Shown here one piece after another: positions 52,644-54,123 of a stretch of 54,123 nucleotides of DNA. The stretch covers positions 1 through 54,123 of the forward strand of contig CAYGWP010000534.1 of the NCBI GenBank assembly GCA_964353455.1. Reading direction: 5' to 3'. Source of the stretch: an uncultured Anaerolineales bacterium (GTDB taxonomy: Bacteria > Planctomycetota > Phycisphaerae > FEN-1346). Numbering within the stretch: position 1 is the first letter of the stretch; the number at the start of each line of letters is the position of its first letter. Both the position numbers and the translations under genes were made by a program. Below the pieces are notes generated by a model. It saw only the letters and a list, made by a program, of their open reading frames with translations, ran no database searches and was not told the origin of the DNA.

Positions 52644-54123
52644 GCCGTCGCCTCCACCGGTTCTGTTTCCGCGTCCTGCACCTCGGCCGCCAAGGCCGTC
52701 AGGCCGCCCGGCCTCAGACGTACCGAGAGGCCGTCGGGCCGAACGGTAACGCTCTCCACCAGCAGGCGGACGATCCGCTCCTTCTCGGCGGGGAACAACT
52801 CCGCCCACAGCGGGTCGATCGTCTTCAGTGCCGCGGCCACGTCCTGCTCGGTCGGCAGGTCCTCCCGTTGTCTGCTCAGCGCATCTTCTGCACTGTGCAG
52901 TAGATGCTCGGCTTCGGCATGCTCTTCATTCAGGCGGCGAAGTTCCGCCGACAGGGCGCCCTCGGCCTTACTGTCCGCGGCCCGCACGAGCCTGCCGATC
53001 GCCTTACGGAGGTCCGCCAGCCGGCGCTGAAGCGCATCCCTTTCCTTTTCCAGCCCCCGCCGCCCCTCCTCGGCCCGGGCTTGAGTTGCACGAAACGTCC
53101 GGGCGACCGTCTCGGGGTCAGCAAAGAGCGACCGCAGGTACTCAAACACCGCCCCTTCGATCTGGCCGGCGGGAACGGACTTCACCGGGCAGGTATTGTG
53201 GCCATTCTTGCTGGCAGTGTGACAGACGTAATACTGGTATCGCTTACCCCGCCGCGTGGTGTAGGCCGGCGCCATGGGCACCCCGCCCGCGCCGCACCGC
53301 AGGATGCCCTTCAGGATGGCGGCCGTCTTCTTGCGGGTCTGCGTGGCGCGATACCGGCGGTTCTCGCCCAGGATTGCGTGGGCGCGGTCCCACGTCCGCC
53401 GGTCAATGATGGCCTCGTGCTCGCCCGGATACGACTGACCCTGATGGACCACCACGCCGAGATACCGGCGGTTTGTGAGCGTCCAGTGGACGTAGGCCTT
53501 ATTCCACAGCGCCCCGCCGCGATTGTTGCCACCGCGGGAGGTCCATGCCTTGGTGCGGTGGCCCTGGCGGTTCAGGTCCCGCGCCACCAGCATGCAGGAC
53601 CCGAGTTGGATGAACCGCTGGAAGATGTGCCGCACGAGGTCGGCCTCCTGAGGGTTGACCACCAGACGCATCTTTTCACGGTTCACATCGTAGCCCAGTA
53701 GCGGCCGGCCGCCGACGTACTTGCCCTTCATCTTAGCGGCGGCCAGTTTGTCCCGAATCCGCTCGGCCGTGAGTTCGCGCTCGAACTGCGCGAACGAGAG
53801 TAGCACGTTGAGCGTCAACCGGCCCATACTGGACTTGGTGTCGAAGTGCTGCGTCACGCTCACAAAACTCACGCCGCGATTCTCGAAGAGTTCCATCAGC
53901 CGCACGAAGTCCGCGAGCGACCGCGACAGCCGGTCGAGTTTGTAGCACAAGACGGCGTCGATGCGGCCGGCATCAACATCATCAAGGAGCCGCTTCAGGG
54001 CGGGCCGCTCGGTGTTCCCGCCGGAGAAGCCCCCGTCGTCGTACCGCGTGGGCAGCGCAACCCAACCGTCATGCCGCTGGCTGGCCACATACGCCTCGCA
54101 GGACTCGCGCTGGGCATCGAGGG
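52640..54123 (-). CDS. large serine recombinase (N-terminus beyond the window edge)
   Basis: The resolvase domain LDAQRESCEAYV...RPALKRLLDDVDAGRIDAVLCYKLDRLSRSL continues past position 54123. It is followed by a recombinase domain, a zinc ribbon (CGAGG...YYVCH) and a coiled coil. Confidence 0.9.
   Translation of the reverse strand, partial: LDAQRESCEAYVASQRHDGWVALPTRYDDGGFSGGNTERPALKRLLDDVDAGRIDAVLCYKLDRLSRSLADFVRLMELFENRGVSFVSVTQHFDTKSSMGRLTLNVLLSFAQFERELTAERIRDKLAAAKMKGKYVGGRPLLGYDVNREKMRLVVNPQEADLVRHIFQRFIQLGSCMLVARDLNRQGHRTKAWTSRGGNNRGGALWNKAYVHWTLTNRRYLGVVVHQGQSYPGEHEAIIDRRTWDRAHAILGENRRYRATQTRKKTAAILKGILRCGAGGVPMAPAYTTRRGKRYQYYVCHTASKNGHNTCPVKSVPAGQIEGAVFEYLRSLFADPETVARTFRATQARAEEGRRGLEKERDALQRRLADLRKAIGRLVRAADSKAEGALSAELRRLNEEHAEAEHLLHSAEDALSRQREDLPTEQDVAAALKTIDPLWAELFPAEKERIVRLLVESVTVRPDGLSVRLRPGGLTALAAEVQDAETEPVEATA

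Larger units (their letters stand above)
49135..54123. mobile_element. probable integrated mobile/defence island (right boundary outside the window)
   Basis: A serine recombinase with its accessory gene, a restriction-modification pair and a decayed helicase-DUF559 gene are adjacent to an 0.8-kb gene-poor gap. No flanking repeats could be identified. Confidence 0.4.

Noticed and set aside
1-54123. tRNA-Sec (selC), selA or selB in this window
   Set aside because: I scanned by eye for TCA anticodon-loop contexts (TTCAAA/TTTGAA) and T-loop-like GGTTCGA motifs. All hits lie inside well-supported coding sequences without tRNA-like stems. No SelA- or SelB-like ORF was seen, so their presence elsewhere in the genome is untested.

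Overview
Visibly GC-rich bacterial chromosomal segment with about 60 genes. DUF1559-type pilin-like proteins, PEP-CTERM proteins, a sigma-54 activator and many anaerobe-type Fe-S and radical-SAM genes suggest a PVC-type (Planctomycetota-like) anaerobe or microaerophile; this is inference only. Layout: (i) 0.8-11 kb, minus strand: a YibE/F-like membrane protein, then a selenium-utilisation operon (selD, yedF, yedE, class-V cysteine desulfurase/selenocysteine-lyase-like, DUF3343) that runs on into three exported thioredoxin-fold proteins. (ii) 11.5-18.8 kb, minus strand: a BioB/HydE-like radical SAM, a DGC protein, PadR, and a FecBCD-type ABC importer with an embedded radical SAM, preceded by a PEP-CTERM protein and a pilin-like protein. 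(iii) 19-25 kb, plus strand: a metal-uptake operon (porin-like, ZnuA-like, ZnuB-like, FeoA, FeoB). (iv) 26.6-29.9 kb: a second pilin-like / PEP-CTERM / binding-protein module. (v) 30.1-44.3 kb: a PAS sigma-54 activator, a near-consensus sigma-54 promoter, and a co-directional block. The block holds NifX-like carriers, a second BioB/HydE-like radical SAM, six small Gly/Arg-rich DUF5320-type proteins sharing an MPxGDGTGP N-terminus, a small ferritin-like protein, AhpD-like, fused MinD-ferredoxin ATPases, Mrp-NifX, MBL, a radical SAM-IscU fusion and Thi4. (vi) 44.4-47.3 kb: PerR-like regulator, catalase, DUF364. (vii) 49.1-54.1 kb: a mobile/defence island (helicase-DUF559 remnant, candidate restriction enzyme, N6-adenine methyltransferase, large serine recombinase). 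The most notable observation is a DUF5320-type zinc-ribbon paralog (35573-35755). Its in-frame TGA aligns exactly with a CxxC cysteine of its neighbour paralog, and protein-level conservation continues after the TGA. This makes it a candidate new selenoprotein inside an uncharacterised sigma-54-controlled metallocluster-type gene cluster.
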